Shown here piece after piece: positions 15,228 through 29,234 of a DNA stretch of 64,000 nt; the stretch's first letter is position 1; each line of letters begins with the position of its first letter. The position numbers and the translations under genes were made by a program. Location of the stretch: the NCBI GenBank assembly GCA_964016885.1, contig OZ024742.1:280860001-280924000 (forward strand), in the 5' to 3' direction. This DNA is from Eledone cirrhosa (Eukaryota). The notes beneath the pieces were generated by a model. It was not told the DNA's origin, searched no databases, and saw only the letters and a list, made by a program, of their open reading frames with translations.

Positions 15228-15430
15228 AAAGGCCAGTCATTTCTAGGGAAGGAAAAATCCGATTAAATCAAACCCAGTGCGTTACCGGTACTTTATTTTA
15301 TCGCCCCCGTAAGGATAAAAAGTAAAGCAAGCATTGGCGGGATTTGAACTCAGAAGGTATATGACCGTAACTATATGTCGCAAAGCATGCTGTCCGATGC
15401 TCAAATGATACTACCAATCCACCACCATTA
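15228..15430 (-). mobile_element. tRNA-derived SINE
   Basis: GGCGGGATTTGAACTCAG (B-box, reverse) and GTACTTTATTTTATCG.CCCCGTAAGGAT core. Confidence 0.8.
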
Positions 15431-15494
15431 ATAATTATATTAATAATAATAATTCTTTCTTTATTGGCTACTTCGGTGAAACATAGGACAATAA

Positions 15495-15685
15495 AATACA
15501 TGGACCAGGTCACTTCCTGGTAATTTCCAATTCGGAATAGTTTTATGGACATTCTTCAACTTTTCTTCTGTTATTGCAGCATTCTGCTGCTCTGAGTTAT
15601 CTTCCGTTTCATCTCTGAGTGTCTGCAAACATTGGCCTACGCCCATCTTCACTCCAAAATTTCGTTGCTTCTTCTTTTTCTAGGA
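15495..15685 (-). pseudogene. Short R4/Dong-type RT N-terminal fragment
   Basis: ITEEKLKNVHKTIPNWKLPGSDLVH parallels ITVETLKGQAKKLTNWKSPGPDGVQ of the full elements. Confidence 0.55.
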
Positions 15686-15699
15686 TATTATTATTGTTG

Positions 15700-15880
15700 T
15701 GAATTGGCAGTATCGGTAGAGGGTAGCACATGCTTTCCAGCATAGAGTTACGTCCCTTTAATATTGAGTTCAAATCCCGCCGAGGTTAACTTTGCCTTTC
15801 ATCCATACTGGGTCGATAAAATAAAGTACCAGTAATATACTGGGTAATTGCTTGCCCTGTCCCAAAAGTAGAAACAATTA
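15700..15880 (+). mobile_element. tRNA-derived SINE
   Basis: A-box-like TGGCAGTATCGG, B-box GAGTTCAAATCC, shared core and 3' end. Confidence 0.85.
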
Positions 15881-16418
15881 TTATTGTTGTTCTTTACCTT
15901 TTCGTCTAATTTTAAAAATATATCTGGGGAAAGTTTTAACATGTTTTCAGGCTAGACGCACCGTGGTCCGCAGAATAGAACAATTAAAGGTTAACTCAAA
16001 AGTTTAGTTCAACCACTGTAGAGTTCAACAATGATAAATACTACTATTACCAATACAAACCACGTAAAGACACAGAACAATTCAAAATTGATTTTCTACC
16101 ATTGTACATATCTGACAATGCACCGCCAATACCACCACTACAACAAAGAAAGAAAAAAAACAATAAATGCACTGAGTCGACTACTCCCATCACAACTACA
16201 ACAACAAAGCGTATTCATGATTATAATGTTATCAACATCATAAACAGCAGCAACGACAGTATCAACATTATGAACAACAACGACATCGCCGGAAGGGACG
16301 AATACAACAAGGAGGGGGTCCAAACAATACCATGTTTGCGCAATGAAAGAATTAATAATAGAATTAGATTTTGGAAAATGTAAACGATGAGAAAAATCTT
16401 TACCTATTTACTTTGATG

Positions 16419-16486
16419 TCCCGACTGAGTGTTTCGCTGAGTAACCAAAGATTTTGAACACTGAACAGCCTCAGCTCATCAGAGAA
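16419..16486 (-). ncRNA. Canonical type I hammerhead ribozyme
   Basis: UUCU-CUGAUGA-GCUGAG...CUCAGC-GAA-AC-acuca-GU-C^GGGA; all core residues present, 6-bp stem II. Confidence 0.85.
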
Positions 16487-16634
16487 CTTCTCAATCAGGA
16501 AGAATTCTTCCGAGTTATCCGCTACCAGCGATAATTTCGAATGCACGTATTATCACATGATTACCGGTCAACAGCAGTAGCTTGACAATGGTTAGTGACG
16601 GGGCTGCTAGAAAAACCAGTCTTATTTAGCCAAA

Positions 16635-16679
<45 letters not shown>

Positions 16680-16681
<2 letters not shown>

Positions 16682-16884
16682 CGAAGGAAATGTGGTAAGG
16701 AACCAGGTGGACCATAACGCACCAAAGTACTCAATACTTAGGGTAGTAGAGTGGATAATTGGAACGAGTAGGACCCCGACGGCTGGGCTCAAGCCGTTTC
16801 GACGGCTAATTCTGGCCTAAATTTAGTCCAGAATTAGCCGTCGAAACGGCTTGAGCTCAGCCGTCGGGGTCCTACTCGTTCCTA
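16680..16884 (-). mobile_element. Fold-back mini-PLE end in (TA)n
   Basis: Same family and architecture as 2810-3018. Confidence 0.9.
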
Positions 16885-16946
16885 TATATATATTTATTAA
16901 AAAAACAGATTCAAGTTTGGATTTTACTCTTCAAATTTATTATTAT

Positions 16947-17775
<829 letters not shown>

Positions 17776-18170
17776 CCTTCCTGAACATGCAATCCCGTTC
17801 TTCCCCCAACCCTCACTTTCACATACAGACACACACACACACACACACACACGCACACTTAACCACACACACCACCTTCAGCCCTCCCCGCTCGGACACC
17901 CCGTCTCCCTCTCCCCACTCCACCCGCCACCACCCCTACTCACCCCACACCCTTCCACCACCTGTTTACCCCCCTTTTAATTTCAGTTTATTTTGATCAT
18001 GCCTTTATTTTCAAATTTTCTCCTTCCTTGTATTTTGATCATGCTTTATTTTTATTTATTATATTTTTTGTCTTTATTTGTTAATTTTTCATTCGCACCG
18101 TATCCTTTCGCTATATGTCTCTCCACCACTCCCCTACATACCTTTTGAACTCTGTTCCCACACACTTCAC

Positions 18171-18202
18171 ACCTGAAGAAGGGCCTATGCCCGAAACGTC
18201 GT
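18171..18202 (+). ncRNA. Minimal type I hammerhead (palindromic ACGU stem III)
   Basis: AC-CUGAAGA-A-GGGC-CUAU-GCCC-GAA-ACGU-C^GU; pyrimidine-rich pLTR-like context 17850-18295 ending in AATAAA and (TA)n. Confidence 0.8.
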
Positions 18203-18290
18203 CGTCCACCTACCCCCCACGCTCCTGAGCGTGAATTTAATAAACATTTATTGTACTGCCTCTCTGTTCTGTCCCTGTTCAATTTTTCAT

Positions 18291-18701
<411 letters not shown>

Positions 18702-18709
18702 CTATCTAT

Positions 18710-19800
18710 AGTGACGAAACATAAGTCAATTGCATGCACTCACAATCCTTTATTTACTGCTATATATATGTCGATGATACAATAAATTCCTGAACCAACA
18801 AATGGTATTACGTCGGATGTAGCGCAAAATCTTCAAAGCTCGCCTATACCAACATCGATCTTCGATCAGTCATGAGAAAATGCGCTCCGTAACAACCCTC
18901 GCAGATAAAGCCTTGCAGCTTCGGAGGAACAATCAAGCATTCTCCCTTGATTGGCAAATTATTGCTGGCGCCTGCATTAATGCTAAAATCATCGATTCTG
19001 TAAATTATGCAATATGGAGATATACTGCATTTTAACGTCAGAAAACAAACTTTTGAACAGCAAAATTGAACGTTCACTTTACTGTAACCATCGTTTGAAA
19101 ACGACTTTTTCTTTTTTTAAATGCATGTAATGTTACCTTTCACACCACCGTTTGCAAATTTCTGTTTTATATGTTTATACACACGATACGGATTTCTGTA
19201 ATAATAGTACTAAACACTGTTTTTTGGACCCCTTTAGAAATAACCTGCTACTATAATCGCCCCAATAACTTGTCTGTAATTCTGTACTACTTTGACCCCT
19301 TTAACTAAATTTTGTCCAAACAACACCACTAGAAGAATTTACTTCCCCCGCCAACCCTAACACGCCTCATTAAGCTAACTGGTGCCAAAACATTTTCTCC
19401 TTACAATCTCTACTACTCTGACAGTCTTAAATCCTAAGACTCCCTCCCCCTTACTCGCTTCCCTCTTCCTCTTCCCTTCCTACCTCCTTCTTTCTCTTAT
19501 ATCTAGTGTATAAAATATTTTCATATCATTCTACCACAAAGGTCTGACGACATGGTGTGTTTTCTTACGGTGTACCTACGATTAATGATAATATTTTTAT
19601 ATTATACAAATAGCGAGGTATAGGTAACCCATACACTATAGAAACAATTGTTACCTAATAAATTCTTTATACCCGCATTTCCGTTTCATAAACTTCTTCT
19701 TCATATTTTCTCCGGATTTTAAAACACACTTTATTATACGTTGAGCAATCTCCGACGTCGGTTGACTCCATCCAATGCGACTACTTAGTAACATTAGAAT
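18710..19800 (+). mobile_element. Decayed PLE 3' portion (GIY-YIG remnant + pLTR)
   Basis: Fragments WYYVG, FKARLYQHR, FSLDWQII, CKLCNME; HHR downstream. Confidence 0.75.
19540..19656 (+). ncRNA. Type I hammerhead with long stem II
   Basis: AGGU-CUGACGA-cAUGGUGUGU...AUACACUAUa-GAA-ACAAUUGU-U^ACCU; palindromic stem III, followed by AATAAA. Confidence 0.75.
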
Positions 19801-19819
19801 ACAGATTTATATATATATG

Positions 19820-19958
<139 letters not shown>

Positions 19959-19986
19959 TGTATATAGATGTATATTTTTATATTGT

Positions 19987-20024
<38 letters not shown>

Positions 20025-20052
20025 TGTATATAGATGTATATTTTTATATTGT

Positions 20053-20125
<73 letters not shown>

Positions 20126-20714
20126 TACATCACGATAAATTAAGGGACCCATAGACTCTCGCTATTCCCTGTCAATAATGTGCTCAAAGGAGACGGAATC
20201 CTGAGCTCTTTAAAATACAATATGTTGAAAAGGTAACACACTAGAGAGAGATGGTGCACCATCAATAAAACAAGGAGAAACCCACCAGTGTATGGAATCT
20301 ATAACCTATGAAAAGCAGGGTAGACATACGATAATTAAAAATATAAACTAGAGTGTAAATACGCACCTCAGATAAGTAACTAAAGTGAGTCATGGTAGTG
20401 ATGGTGACAACGATGATGACACTGTTACTGTTTCGCCGCGACTATGACTACTATTGTTATTTTTCTAGCAGAATACAAGAAAGTGGAAGCAACGCTGAGA
20501 GGTTCCAGCCGAAACTGTCGAAGAGGAATAGAATTCCCACGGGATTTAAATTAAATACATAAGAGATCTCCAATGTCCACGTAGCTAAAATATTTTAGCA
20601 GCAATGCACCCAGAAGTCATGACATTGATGTGGACTTGCTACCGTATAGTGAAAGGAGTTAATGGCTGGAATACTTGTAATTGCAAGAGAGGGCTTTTTG
20701 CTACGCAGACCTTC

Positions 20715-20761
<47 letters not shown>

Positions 20762-20892
20762 CATTGGCATTTTGAATGAACTAAAGCATTAAATGATTTA
20801 AGAACTCTTCTCTAATATCTGAATTTGTTATGTTATATATATATATAATTGAAAAAGTGGAGAATATAACGATATCTTGTTATCCTCTATAT

Positions 20893-20923
<31 letters not shown>

Positions 20924-21311
20924 CATAGGCGTACACACACACATATGTATATACAAACCAAATTAAACAAACCAAATGCACGTAAATTTTCTTGTTTTCC
21001 CAATTTGCCCTGGAACTCTTATAATTTAGTTATTCTATATCTACAAACCTAAAAAATCTAGGATTGTGAAACAACAGAACGAAACAAAGCCCCGCCAATT
21101 GAATACTATATAATTGCTATATATTGTTGGCTTATATATGTAAACACGAAGGAAAACAATGTTTTTGAAACAAATATGTATGACATTCTCTCAAAGTAAT
21201 TATTATTATTATTATTATTACTATTATTATTATTACTATTATTATTATTATCCACTCTCTTCTTCTTCTTCTTCTTCTTCTTCTTCTTCTTCTTCTCATC
21301 ATCATCATTTT

Positions 21312-21500
21312 TGTGGATTGGCAGTATCGGAAGAGAGTCTGACACCATGCTTTGAAGCATAGAGTTACGTCCCTTTATGATCTGAGTTCAAATCCCGCTG
21401 AGGTTAACTTTGCCTTTCATCCTTACGGGGTCGATAAAATAAAGTACCAGTAATACACTGAAATAATGTCTGGCCTTGTGCCAAAAGTAGAAACAATTAT
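21312..21500 (+). mobile_element. tRNA-derived SINE
   Basis: TGGCAGTATCGG / GAGTTCAAATCC, shared core, TTA tail. Confidence 0.85.
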
Positions 21501-22270
21501 TATTATTATTAATATATATATATCTAAAACAGAGAATGTCTGTCTGTCTATCTGCCTGTCTGTCTGACTCCCTAAAACTCGAGAACCACCCAACCGATTA
21601 TTTTCAAACTGTACATATGTAATAGTTATGGTCACGTGAGTGTTTGGAGTAAATAATATTTCAAATTTTCAATGCTCTAGGGACCGCATTAGGCGCCGTT
21701 TAGCGATCTCTCTATAATTCTTAGTCTGTCTTTTTAGATAGATACATAGCTATGACGTCGCAATCTTATAATATCTGTCTGTATGTCTGCTGTCTGAATT
21801 ACGACATTATGATGCTATCTATGGCTGTGTATATATGTATATATAGTGTGTGTATATATATATATAGTGTGTAACGTTTTTCAAAATATTTACTTCTGCG
21901 TTCACAGATTTATTTTTTATTTTCAGAAGATCCCGTTAAGGGTGAAAGCAGCGATTATTTGCATAAACTTTAATCTTTTATTTTAATATATATATATATA
22001 TCATAAAACATGTCTATAAAATCACAAGATAAAATATATACCATTTCCTCTCCCAATTAGCATAATTAACTATATAAAAAATCTAAAAGACCAGGCTAAA
22101 AGAATGAGGCTTCTATGAAGAAATCTCCAACAAATAACCGAAACTAGCTCTTCGCGTCGGCCGCAACGGAATATTTATCGAATATTTCGACAGCGTAATC
22201 GCCCAGATACAGTCAATTAAACAGAATTAGGTGTAAAATCCACTAGGAGAAAATAGAATACATTTAAATA

Positions 22271-22355
22271 CCTCCACCATGGTTTCGTCCGTATTTTGAG
22301 ATTTCCAATAATTATGTAATAATTATGTCACACGAGCACCGGATTCATCAGGAAG
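22271..22355 (-). ncRNA. Hammerhead copy 1; cleavage triplet GUG (predicted inactive)
   Basis: CUUC-CUGAUGA-aUCCG...CGGAc-GAA-ACCAUGGU-G-GAGG. Confidence 0.65.
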
Positions 22356-22575
22356 TTTGCTCTGATCTAGACACTAACATTTTCCAAAGTGATCGCGCCA
22401 AGAATTCATTCAAAATGGCTATGAATCGTGAGGTAGTCGCGGTCAGGTTGGAAGGGGTGTGGTAGTTGCTTACGGCTGGTGGCTTTTTTGCTAGAAAGCA
22501 CAGCACAATACAGCCAAATTTGTATCTCAACCTAATGGGAGATTATTACACATAAAATTTTACATATATATATAC

Positions 22576-22610
<35 letters not shown>

Positions 22611-22964
22611 CATATATATAAATATACGTGTTTTGCAACGGGTCACATTGTGGCTCAATGAAAATTTAATAAATTAAATAATCAGAGCTATATATCATAA
22701 AACATGTCTATAAAATCACAAGATAAAATATATACCATTTCCTCTCCCAATTAGCATAATTAACTCTATAAAAAATCGAATAGACAAGGCTATAAGAATG
22801 AGGCTTCTATGAAGAAATCTCCAACAAATAACCGAAACTAGCCCTTCGCGTCGGCCGCAACGGAATATTTATCGAATATTTCGACAGCGTAATCGCCCAG
22901 ATACAGTCAATTAAACAGAATTAGGTGTAAAATAAACTAGGAGAAAATAGAATACATTTAAATA

Positions 22965-23049
22965 CCTCTACCATGGTTTCGTCCGTATTTTGAGATTTCC
23001 AATAATTATGTAATAATTATGTCACTCGAGCACCGGATTCATCAGGAAG
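22965..23049 (-). ncRNA. Hammerhead copy 2; cleavage triplet GUA
   Basis: CUUC-CUGAUGA-aUCCG...CGGAc-GAA-ACCAUGGU-A^GAGG. Confidence 0.75.
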
Positions 23050-23279
23050 TTTGCTCTGATCTAGACACTAACATTTTCCAAAGTGATCGCGCCAAGAATT
23101 CATTCAAAATGGCTATGAATCGTGACGTAGTCGCGGTCAGGTTGGAAAGGGTGTGGTAGTTGCTTACGGCTGTTGGCTTTTTTGCTAGAAAGCACAGCAC
23201 GATACAGCCAAATTTGTATCTCAACCTAATGGGAGATTATTACATATAAAAGTTTACATATATATATACATATATATAT

Positions 23280-23418
<139 letters not shown>

Positions 23419-23737
23419 TATATTCGTGTACAGATGTTTTTGCATACACAATAACAAAATATAAACAAACGTATTTATTTCACGAGGCTCGACAGCAGCA
23501 AAAACAACAACAAACAAGAGAGGGAACGCAGTTACATGCTTTTGAAAAATCTTAATGAAAAATTATTTTGCCTATTCACCCAACGCGAATTCACTTTTTA
23601 TTAGGACTTCAGTATCAATTGGTGTGTATCATAAGACGAAACTGAAACTGATTCAGAAAGCAGGGATAGACATGCCAATCTATGTTTAAAATCCGGAGCA
23701 TCGCCGGGCGATTCTGTTAGTTATTATTATTATTATA

Positions 23738-23985
23738 GCCGAGGTTAACTTTGCCTTTCATCCTTACGGGGTCTATAAAATAAAGTACCAGTAATACACT
23801 GCGATAATTGCTGGCCTTGTGCCAAAAGTAGAAACAGTTATTAGATAAAATAAAGTACCAGTAATGCACTGGGAAATTGCTGGCTTTGTGCCTAAAGTAG
23901 AAACAATTATTATAGGTCGGTGGATTGGCAGTATCGGTAGAGGGTCGGCCGCCATGCTTTGCAGCTTAGATTTACGCCCCTTTAT
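23738..23985 (+). mobile_element. Rearranged/tandem SINE fragments
   Basis: SINE 3' core twice, then a SINE head cut off by (TTA)n and the LINE array. Confidence 0.75.
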
Positions 23986-23986
23986 G

Positions 23987-24047
<61 letters not shown>

Positions 24048-24048
<1 letters not shown>

Positions 24049-27000
24049 AGTTGGATTTATCTTGCTTTATGTTCATACGAGTTATCACCAAGTCACAACC
24101 AGTGACCTCAAGAGACAACAAGGTCCGCCATGTTCAAGAAGGAGCATACATACTCACACGTGAATCTTTAGTGTTTAGACTTGTGATGTACTTATATTGA
24201 CAGAATCTTCCTTAGTATATGGGCAGTTCCCATTAGTACTATCTTCTGTATTTCTCCTATACGCGGGTTTCCTGGGATTTGCGATAAGTAATCATTAGAC
24301 ACCTTAGGTATCATTCCAAGAGCGCCTACAACCACTGGTATTGTTTTAGTTCTCAATTTCCACATTTTTCCAATTTCTATCTCCAGGTCGTTATACTTGC
24401 TCAATTTTTCAAATGTTTTTATAGATACATTCTTGTCTATTGGAACAGACATATCAATTAGCAAGCATACCCTCTTTTTAAAGTCCTTCAATATTATATC
24501 AGGTCTATTTGCATCTATTTTTCGGTCTGTTTGGATGCTAAAGTTCCACAAGATTGAGATGTGATCTTTTTCAAGTATGGGTGGTGGTTGATGCTCCCAC
24601 CAATTCTTTTGATGGGGCAGGTCAAAATACTTACACATTATCCAATGTATGTATTGTGCAGCTCTGTCATGCCTGTTTAGGTCTTCGGTTGGAGCTATAG
24701 GACTGCACATTTAAATTATATGGTCAATGGTCTCTGGTTGTTTTTTACATACACGGCATAATGGGCTGCATCCATTTTTTATTATGTTGGCTTGGTAATT
24801 TTTTGTTGGCAGACACTGATCTTGTGCTGATATAATCAGTCATTCAGTCTCAGATTTCAGTCCAGAGGATGCCAACCTCTGATGGGTTAATGTTTTGTCA
24901 ACATCAGGATTGTTAGCTCGCTCTGGGTATTTTCCATACAGAGGCTTTTCTTGCCCTTTCTTAGCCAGTTTCTGTAGCAGTTCTTTCTTTGCAGTTACTT
25001 TTACCTGCTTTGCTTTTTCTGTGTTTTCCATTTCAGCAGTAAATGGGACTTCTGAAATGTGTAGTCCATTACTGTATCTTTGTGCATCTTTTGTAATGGA
25101 ATATGATCTTTTGGTGCTGTCGTGTTTCAAAACGAGTTTGATCATCCAATCATGTGATTCCCTTAGATATGTAGATAATCCAATTGTTGCAGTTTTCAAC
25201 GCAATGTCTAACTGGATTAACCCACGTCCTCCTTCTTTCCTAGAGAGATATATTCTATCTATATCTGCCTTAGGGTGATGCATTCTGTGCATGGTTAAGA
25301 ATTTTCGAATTTTTGTGTCGAGCCTAGAGATCTCTGTGCTTGACCAGTTGATGACATGACTGTAGGTTACTACTGGTATGGCAAGCGTGTTTATGGCATC
25401 GATCCTATTCCTTGCATTAAATTCCGTTCTTAAGATTGCTCTTACTCTGCGGTAACATTCCTTCCTTATCCTTTCCATCATTGTCGAGTGCTTGATTCCG
25501 TCTCCTTCACAAACACCTAGATATTTGTATGTTTTTTCGTGATCAAGTTCTCTTATCACGTTCCCCCGATCAAGATTAATGTCTGAACTCTTCAGCAGCT
25601 TTCCAAGTGTGAACGTTGCTTTGGCGCATTTATCTAGTCCAAACACCATTTTAATGTAATCACTGAACTGCACCACAGTGGATAATAACCCTTGCAATTG
25701 TTCATCATTTTTTGCAAATAGTTTCAGGTCATCCATGTAGAACAAGTGATTAATGGTTTTGTCATAGACTTTATATCCATGTTTTGTTTCATTGAGCATT
25801 TTACTTAATGGTATAAGTGCGATGCAGAATAAAAGCGGTGATAAAGAGTCACCCTGAAAAATTCCACAATTAATATTAACTTCTCCAGCTTCCAGTGATT
25901 TTGTTTCACTATTCAAAAGGAGTGTCGTTTTCCATGTCTTCATACTGAATGACAAAACCTCCTGACAACGGGGGATAATTTGAAAATCTCTAAACACTTT
26001 TCAATCCAACTGTGTGGCAAACTATCGAATGCTTTTTTATAATCTATCCAAGCAATCGATAGATTTTTGTGTCTATTATGACAATCTTCCAGTATCATTT
26101 TGTTAACCAAAAGCTGAACCTTACAGCCATATGAGCCTCGTTTACACCCTTTCTGCTCAAGGGGAAATAGGTCATTTGTTATCAGGTGGTCAAATGTGTA
26201 TTCAGTTAGGACTGATGTTAAAATTTTATACATTGTGGTCAAGCAAGTTATCGGTCTGTAATTTTTGGGATTATCATCCTTCGGAAGCAGGAATGTAATG
26301 CCGTTAACTAGCCATGATGGTATCTTTTCTGGCTCCTTAACTATTTCATTGTAAAGTTGGGCTAACAGCTCATGAGACTCTGTGAAGGCATTTATCCAAA
26401 AGTTTTGTATTTTGTCTTTTCCTGGGGATTTCCATTTGCTGGTTTTTCTTAGAGCCAAGCGCAACTGTTCAACTGTTATATTTTCCCATATTTGTTCCTC
26501 AAGGTGAGCTGTATCTTTCATTTGTCTGTCTATCCATGGGGCATGTATGTTATGAACTTTTCCTTCGGCCCAGATCTTTTCTCAGAATTATTGCACTTCC
26601 TCCTTGGGTGGTATTGATTTAGCAGTTATTGTTGACTTACCAATTTTTCTGTAGAAGTTTCTTTGGTTGTTTTTGAACATATTATTGTCCTTATAGAATC
26701 TAGATCGTTTTTCAAAGCGCCTTATACGAGTAGCTTTGGCCGACACTTTTTGCTTGATTATTTCTATCAGCATGTCTATGTCACTTGTTGATTTTATACT
26801 GTACTTTCTTTTCAATTTTCTAAGTTTAGTTTGTATAACATGTTCACCTACTTTATAGTTTGTTAATATTTCTATATCAGATCGGAGAAGGTTTATTTGG
26901 CGATTGATGTTCTCTTGCCAAGTAGATTTCTTGTGGGAATTCCTTTGTTTTTTCATCTTCAGTCCACATAAGTGAGTGGTGACTTTAGCCGGTGCATAAT

Positions 27001-27995
27001 AGAGATGATTTAAATCAGTAATGTTTAGCTTGTTTGTGATGATAATGTTTTTGAGAATTATGTTAGTCTTGTGTATTATCTTTTGGTTCTGTTTGGAGTT
27101 CTGGATCTTAGGGAGGGTGTCTCGTTGCCCCCATGTCAGATTCTTTCATTTTCATCCATTCGATCATAATTTCATCCTTCAAGTTGGCAAGTTCATTCTT
27201 ATTCATTTCTTTATCATTTACGATCTCATTATTTTCATTTGAAGTTTCATCCTGAGCATGCACTCCCTCCACTTGTTCGATCCTTTCTTTAATTTGTTCT
27301 GTTGCCAGTGATTCCGCCCCAAACCTGGGATTCGAAGTGTTACAATTTACCTCGTTTTCACTGACATATGTTTCATTTTCCCTTCGCTGACTTTGTGCTA
27401 ATAGCTTGATCTGATCAATTTCTATATCAGTTAGTAACTTTTTTTCTTACAATATTTCTTCGTATATTGGCTAGTTTGTTACTGTCAATATAGCCTCTGT
27501 TTTCGGGATGTTTCTTTTTCCAGTTGATATATGTTTCTTCTGTATTCGATGTATTTGATGGGTAGTACATGGCAGTGTAGAAATCCTCAAGGACTTCTTT
27601 ATTATCTTCCCTTGACCATTTTTCTTTCTTTTTCTTTGGATTTCTTGGTGGTGAGCATGGAGGGCCAACAGTAGGAGTATTCCGGTTATGGCAGGTCTCC
27701 AGCTCCGAAGTGATGGGAAGGTTTGAACCATTAGCTGATTTTTCGACCCCAGTCTGGTTCCCCTCTGAGGGACGCGGCCCTTTTTGAACCGGGTGACGGC
27801 CGATCCGGTATGAGATTTTATCATTAGACATTTACTTTATTTTGTCGCGTTTTATCCTTATCCGCCAAGGGGTAATCATTTCGTGTTACCACTTCTAGAA
27901 CGAGTGTCAACCAAGACTAGAGGGGTCGTTCTCCCCTAGAAACATGTCTATTCCCCGCCGGCCGCCATCCCGGTATTTCTTGGTCACGGGGTTTT
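24048..27995 (-). mobile_element. R4/Dong-type RT-REL non-LTR retrotransposon, family B; full ORF span but with frameshifts and stops
   Basis: Pieces 27831-24192: WSREDNKEVL, KWKSPGKD, NYRPITCL, WIDYKKAFD, GIFQGDSLSPLLF, LFYMDDLKL, RHD, RPDIILKD..LLIDMSVP; (TAA)n tail. Confidence 0.9.
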
Positions 27996-27999
27996 ATTT

Positions 28000-28973
28000 T
28001 TGTTGTTGCTTTTTTTTAATTGTTATTATCATGAGTGGTTCCTTAATGTAAGCATTGCGTGGCTTAAGAATGAAATTATTAATAATTGTCTCCACTCCAG
28101 GCACAAGGCCAGCAATCACCCAGTGCATTACAACAATATAATATACTTTTTGCTGAAGTTGCCTGTTATTGTTGTTGGCTATGTCGGTGGTGGTGCTGGG
28201 GCATTTTATATTGTTGGTGAGGAAGGGAGGAGCCAGCAGTGCCATAGTTGTTGATGATTGTTGACGTTTGGCCGGTGGCCAGGTCACTAAGCCAATCTAT
28301 TTATATCTTTTGCTAGCCTCTCCCTTTCTAATGATACCGCCACCTTCCCCTTTCTTAAGTTAACAGGGGAATAGTGGTGGTAGCAATGTAGGAGTGGTGG
28401 CGGCGGTGATAGGATAGTGGTAGCAATCATGGATGGAGTGGTGCCGGCGGTGGCGTTGTCGTTACTGAGTTTTGTGATATGTAGTATCTATGAGTTTGTG
28501 TCGCGTATGTTTAATATATATTGTGTTGACATATTCCCGTAAAATTGGAATTAAACATTTTGTTAAAACTTGAGACAATATTAATAGTAATTATTATTAT
28601 GATGCTGGGATTGGTGGTGGTGGTGGTGAAATTGCCGTTATCTGGCTGTTATATTTAGTGTGATAGCGGTGTATCAAGTTTCTGGTGTTGGTGAAATTGC
28701 TGTTATTTGGCTGTTCTATATAGTGTAGACAGAGGGTGTTTTCTTCCATTTATAACCATTTTCTTTTTTGAATACAAAATATATAATACAAAATTGAATA
28801 TTTGAGCGATATAACAATCTAATATGGATCCGAAATTTTATGGGACTTGATTCGGTGTTTTATGCATCATTTGTACTAAGAATTGTTATTTCACGATTGA
28901 TTTAAATATGTTAAAAATCAAAAACTTACGGGAGCGATTTCATGACCTTCTACCACCACGTGCGTCTTCTTCC
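28000..28973 (-). mobile_element. LINE 5' leader module homologous to the family A 5' UTR
   Basis: Starts GGGAAGAAGACGCACG..GGTCATGAAATCGCTCCCGTAAG, as at 33763 and 39552. Confidence 0.75.
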
Positions 28974-29203
28974 CATCAACAATCAGGCACAATATTTTTC
29001 CTTGTCCAAAACCACCAGGTCAGGTCTATTATGTTTCAGTTTCTTGTCCGTCTGTATCCTAAAATCCCACAGCACCTTCACCTGATCGTTTTCTGTCACC
29101 GTCTCTGGCTTATGTTCATATCACTTCTCAGAATGAGGTAAATAGTTTACTTTGCATAGGTACCAGTTGATCACACTGCCCATCACATCATGTCTCCAGG
29201 CTT
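28974..29203 (-). pseudogene. Internal REL-domain fragment of diverged family A'
   Basis: Matches ~39943-40170. Confidence 0.8.
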
Positions 29204-29234
29204 TATATTATTATTATTATTATTATTGTTGTTA

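Larger units (their letters stand above)
22000..23260 (-). repeat. Two ~560-bp direct repeats (694-bp period), each with an HHR
   Basis: TCATAAAACATGTCTATAAAATCACAAG...GGGAGATTATTAC duplicated at ~22000 and ~22694. Confidence 0.9.

Noticed and set aside
15700-15790. tRNA gene (A and B boxes)
   Set aside because: No cloverleaf; it continues into a repeated SINE body
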